Below are positions 33,404 through 35,705 of a stretch of 35,705 nt of DNA, one piece after another; position 1 is the stretch's first letter, and each line of letters opens with the position of its first letter. A program made the position numbers and the translations under genes. This stretch comes from Candidatus Woesearchaeota archaeon (GTDB taxonomy: Archaea; Nanobdellota; Nanobdellia; Woesearchaeales; GW2011-AR4): NCBI GenBank assembly GCA_016185955.1, contig JACPMQ010000032.1, positions 1 to 35,705 on the forward strand. The letters run 5' to 3'. The notes under the pieces were generated by a model, which did not search any database, was not told the origin of the DNA, and worked only from the letters and a program-made list of their open reading frames with translations.

Positions 33404-34402
33404 ATGCCAACAACAAAACAGCCAAGAAGAGGAAGTCTGCAATATTGGCCAAGAAAAAGGTCAAAAAGAGCTTTTCCTAGAATAAGGATTTGGCACAAAA
33501 CAAAAGAAACAAAAGATGTAAAGCCTCTGGGATTTGCAGGCTACAAAGTCGGCATGACTCATCTCATAATAAATGACAACAGAAAAAGCTCAACTACAAA
33601 GGGCATGGATATCTTTTGTCCAGCGACAATTATTGAGTGTCCTCCTTTAAAGGCTGCTTCTATAAAATTTTATAAAAAAACCGTAAATGGCTTAAAAACT
33701 GTTTCTGAATTTTGCGCTGATAACCCTGAAAAAGAGCTTGCAAGGGCGATAAAATTGCCGAAGAAGCAAAGCATGGCTGAAAATAAAATACCTTCTGATT
33801 TTGATGAAGTAAGATTATTGGTTCATACAATGCCGAAACTCACAGGCATAGGAAAGAAAAAACCAGAGATATTTGAAATAGCAATTAGCGGCAATAAGGA
33901 GGAGCAGCTTAATTACGCAAAAAATAAGATTGGAAAAGAGATAATTGTAAGTGAAGTGTTTAAAGAAGGGCAACAGCTTGATGTGCATGCAGTGTCCAAA
34001 GGAAAAGGCGTGCAAGGTCCTGTAAAAAGATTTGGAATTTCACTAAAGCACCATAAATCTGAAAAAGGAAGGAGAAGGCCAGGAAGTTTAGGCGCATGGA
34101 ATTCTCAAGGGCATATAATGTGGAGAACATCTCAGGCAGGAAAAATGGGATACCATGCAAGAGTTGAGCACAATAAATGGCTTTTGAAAATAGGCAACCC
34201 AAATGAAATAAACAAGAAAGGGGGTTTTCAGCATTATGGTGTTGTTAACAATACATGCATACTTATTAAAGGCTCGGTAATTGGTGCAAAAAAAAGACTG
34301 ATACGCCTTACAGAGTCATTTATGCCAAATAAGTCATTGATTAATATTTCACCGATGATAGAATATGTGCATTCAAATCAGTTAAATCAAAAATCCGCGT
34401 AA
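33404..34402 (+). CDS. rpl3: 50S ribosomal protein L3
   Basis: PRRGSLQYWPRKR N-terminus, FAGYKVGMTH and GKGVQGPVKRFG blocks. First gene of the L3-L4-L23-L2 order. Confidence 0.95.
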   Translation: MPTTKQPRRGSLQYWPRKRSKRAFPRIRIWHKTKETKDVKPLGFAGYKVGMTHLIINDNRKSSTTKGMDIFCPATIIECPPLKAASIKFYKKTVNGLKTVSEFCADNPEKELARAIKLPKKQSMAENKIPSDFDEVRLLVHTMPKLTGIGKKKPEIFEIAISGNKEEQLNYAKNKIGKEIIVSEVFKEGQQLDVHAVSKGKGVQGPVKRFGISLKHHKSEKGRRRPGSLGAWNSQGHIMWRTSQAGKMGYHARVEHNKWLLKIGNPNEINKKGGFQHYGVVNNTCILIKGSVIGAKKRLIRLTESFMPNKSLINISPMIEYVHSNQLNQKSA

Positions 34403-34403
34403 A

Positions 34404-35210
34404 ATGAAACTAAATGTTTTAGATATTTCAAGGAAAAAAGTAGGAGAGATAAACTTACCAAAGCAGTTTCATGAAGGCATAAGAACAGATTTGATAAGCA
34501 GAGCTGTGCTTGCAGTACAAAGCAACAAGAGACAGCCTTATGGCGCTATGCCCAGAGCTGGCTTAAGGCACTCCACAACACTGTCAAAAAGAAGAAGGCG
34601 TTACAGAGGCTCTTACGGATTTGGCATTTCGAGAACTCCTAGAAAAATTTTGTCGAGAAGAGGGACAAGGATGTATTGGGTAGGTGCATTTTCGCCAAAT
34701 ACTGTAGGCGGCAGAAGAGCACATCCGCCAAAAGCTAACAGGATTTTCAGCAAAAAAATCAACAAGAAGGAAAGAAAGATGGCAATAAGAGCAGGCATTT
34801 CAGCTACAATCATAAGCAAATTGGTGAAGGAAAGAGGGCATGTTCTGCCTGAAGGCTACCCATTTATCATTGACAGAAAATTTGAGGATATTATTAAAAC
34901 AAAAGAAGTAATAACTGCATTAAAGGCTTTTGGGCTTGAAGAAGAGCTAAACAGGGCAGCCCATAAAAAAGTCAGAGCCGGGAAAGGCAAAAGAAGAGGA
35001 AGAAAGTACAAAATGAAAAAGGGGCCCTTAATTGTTGTTTCAAAAGACGGCCCTTTGATGAAATCAGCAAGCAACATTCCCGGAATAGATATTGTCAATG
35101 TAAGAAATCTTAACGCTGAGCTGCTCGCTCCAGGGGAATTTCCTGGAAGATTAACCTTATGGACAGAAAGCGCAATCGAAGCATTAGAGAAAGAAAAATT
35201 GTTTTTATAA
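34404..35210 (+). CDS. rpl4: 50S ribosomal protein L4
   Basis: Position in the operon (1 nt after the L3 stop). RAGKGKRRGRKYK and GRLTLWTESA blocks are typical of archaeal L4. Confidence 0.93.
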   Translation: MKLNVLDISRKKVGEINLPKQFHEGIRTDLISRAVLAVQSNKRQPYGAMPRAGLRHSTTLSKRRRRYRGSYGFGISRTPRKILSRRGTRMYWVGAFSPNTVGGRRAHPPKANRIFSKKINKKERKMAIRAGISATIISKLVKERGHVLPEGYPFIIDRKFEDIIKTKEVITALKAFGLEEELNRAAHKKVRAGKGKRRGRKYKMKKGPLIVVSKDGPLMKSASNIPGIDIVNVRNLNAELLAPGEFPGRLTLWTESAIEALEKEKLFL

Positions 35211-35211
35211 A

Positions 35212-35469
35212 ATGGACCCTAACAAAATTATCAAGTACCCATTATCTACGGAAAAGGCAATAAGGCTGATGGAAAGCCAAAACAAACTGGTTTTTGTAGT
35301 GGATATTGATTCAGACAAGAAAATGATTAAGGATGCAATTGAAGATTTATTTAAGGTAAAAGTAGAAAATGTAAATACCCATATGCAAAACGGAGAAAAA
35401 AAGGCATATGTAAAACTTTCAAGTGAAAATCCCGCTATAAATATAGCAACCCAATTGGGTCTTATTTAA
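35212..35469 (+). CDS. rpl23: 50S ribosomal protein L23
   Basis: 85-aa protein with IKYPLSTEKA and LVFVVD..ADKKMIKDAIEDLF patterns, 1 nt after the L4 stop. Confidence 0.92.
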   Translation: MDPNKIIKYPLSTEKAIRLMESQNKLVFVVDIDSDKKMIKDAIEDLFKVKVENVNTHMQNGEKKAYVKLSSENPAINIATQLGLI

Positions 35470-35506
35470 ATAAAATAGCAAGTGTCAAAAAACCAAAGTC
35501 GGAGGT

Positions 35507-35541
35507 AAAAATTCCAGCGTTCAGAGAACGCTGGAATTTTT
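35507..35541. promoter_or_regulatory. perfect 16-bp A-run/hairpin/T-run palindrome in the L23-L2 spacer
   Basis: aaaaattccagcgttc-aga-gaacgctggaattttt. GGAGGT (35501-35506) lies immediately 5' of it and the L2 ATG lies 3 nt 3' of it. Confidence 0.6.
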
Positions 35542-35544
35542 AAA

Positions 35545-35705
35545 ATGGGAAAAAATTTAATACAACAGGCAAGAGGAAAAGGATCGCCGACATACAGAGC
35601 GCATTCATTTAGATGGAAGTATACAATAGGATATAGAAAGTATGACGAAGTAGAAAAAACTGGATTCATCAAAGGCAGAGTAGTTGATATCATTGATGGA
35701 CCGGG
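35545..35705 (+). CDS. rpl2: 50S ribosomal protein L2, N-terminal fragment (runs off right edge)
   Basis: ATG 35545 opens MGKNLIQQARGKGSPTYRAHSFRWK..., the conserved archaeal L2 N-terminus. No stop before the window end. Absent from the ORF track because it is truncated. Confidence 0.9.
   Translation, partial: MGKNLIQQARGKGSPTYRAHSFRWKYTIGYRKYDEVEKTGFIKGRVVDIIDGP

Noticed and set aside
8123-35541. The recurring aaaattcc...ggaatttt hairpins as a CRISPR array
   Set aside because: The copies are kilobases apart, are individually palindromic with different interiors, are not separated by regular spacers, and no cas genes are present.

Overview
AT-rich archaeal chromosome segment. The informational genes are unmistakably archaeal: Nop5-fibrillarin pair, Pelota, Hef helicase/nuclease, a fused PriS-PriL(CTD) primase, and the L3-L4-L23-L2 ribosomal operon. 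Gene content and compactness suggest a small-genome DPANN-type archaeon, but that is inference only. I support about 40 protein genes. (a) A left-edge operon of small secreted or membrane proteins. (b) trpS-rpe-flpA-nop5. (c) A ~10 kb surface-glycan cluster (5.8-16.1 kb) with GT4/GT2 transferases, methyltransferases and WbpA/WbpB/WbpD-like enzymes. (d) A four-gene envelope operon (16.1-21.7 kb). (e) Housekeeping and membrane genes (Pelota, CaCA exchanger, PRC barrel, TraB, M50-like, Hef, nitrilase-family, B12-radical SAM, Toprim, primase). (f) Ribosomal proteins. I saw no rRNA, tRNA, CRISPR array, transposase, integrase or reverse transcriptase. First genes of transcription units look leaderless, with a BRE/TATA (cgaaaatttataaa-like) about 25-30 nt before the ATG. 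Internal operon genes often carry GGAGGTG-type Shine-Dalgarno sites. Three things deserve follow-up. (1) The envelope operon is built around a polytopic membrane protein ending in a bacterial-type GH23/SLT lytic transglycosylase, flanked by uncharacterised lipoprotein paralogs and a triple-repeat anchored protein. This is a candidate cell-wall-breaching or attachment module in an organism that has no murein. (2) Several families of GC-rich nested palindromic repeats have colonised exactly those intergenic regions that are abnormally long, including the L23-L2 spacer and the 3' ends of two convergent ORFs. (3) There are two candidate structured RNAs or leaders (11.0-11.2 kb and 25.0-25.2 kb). 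All product calls come from motif recognition by eye. No database search or folding program was run.
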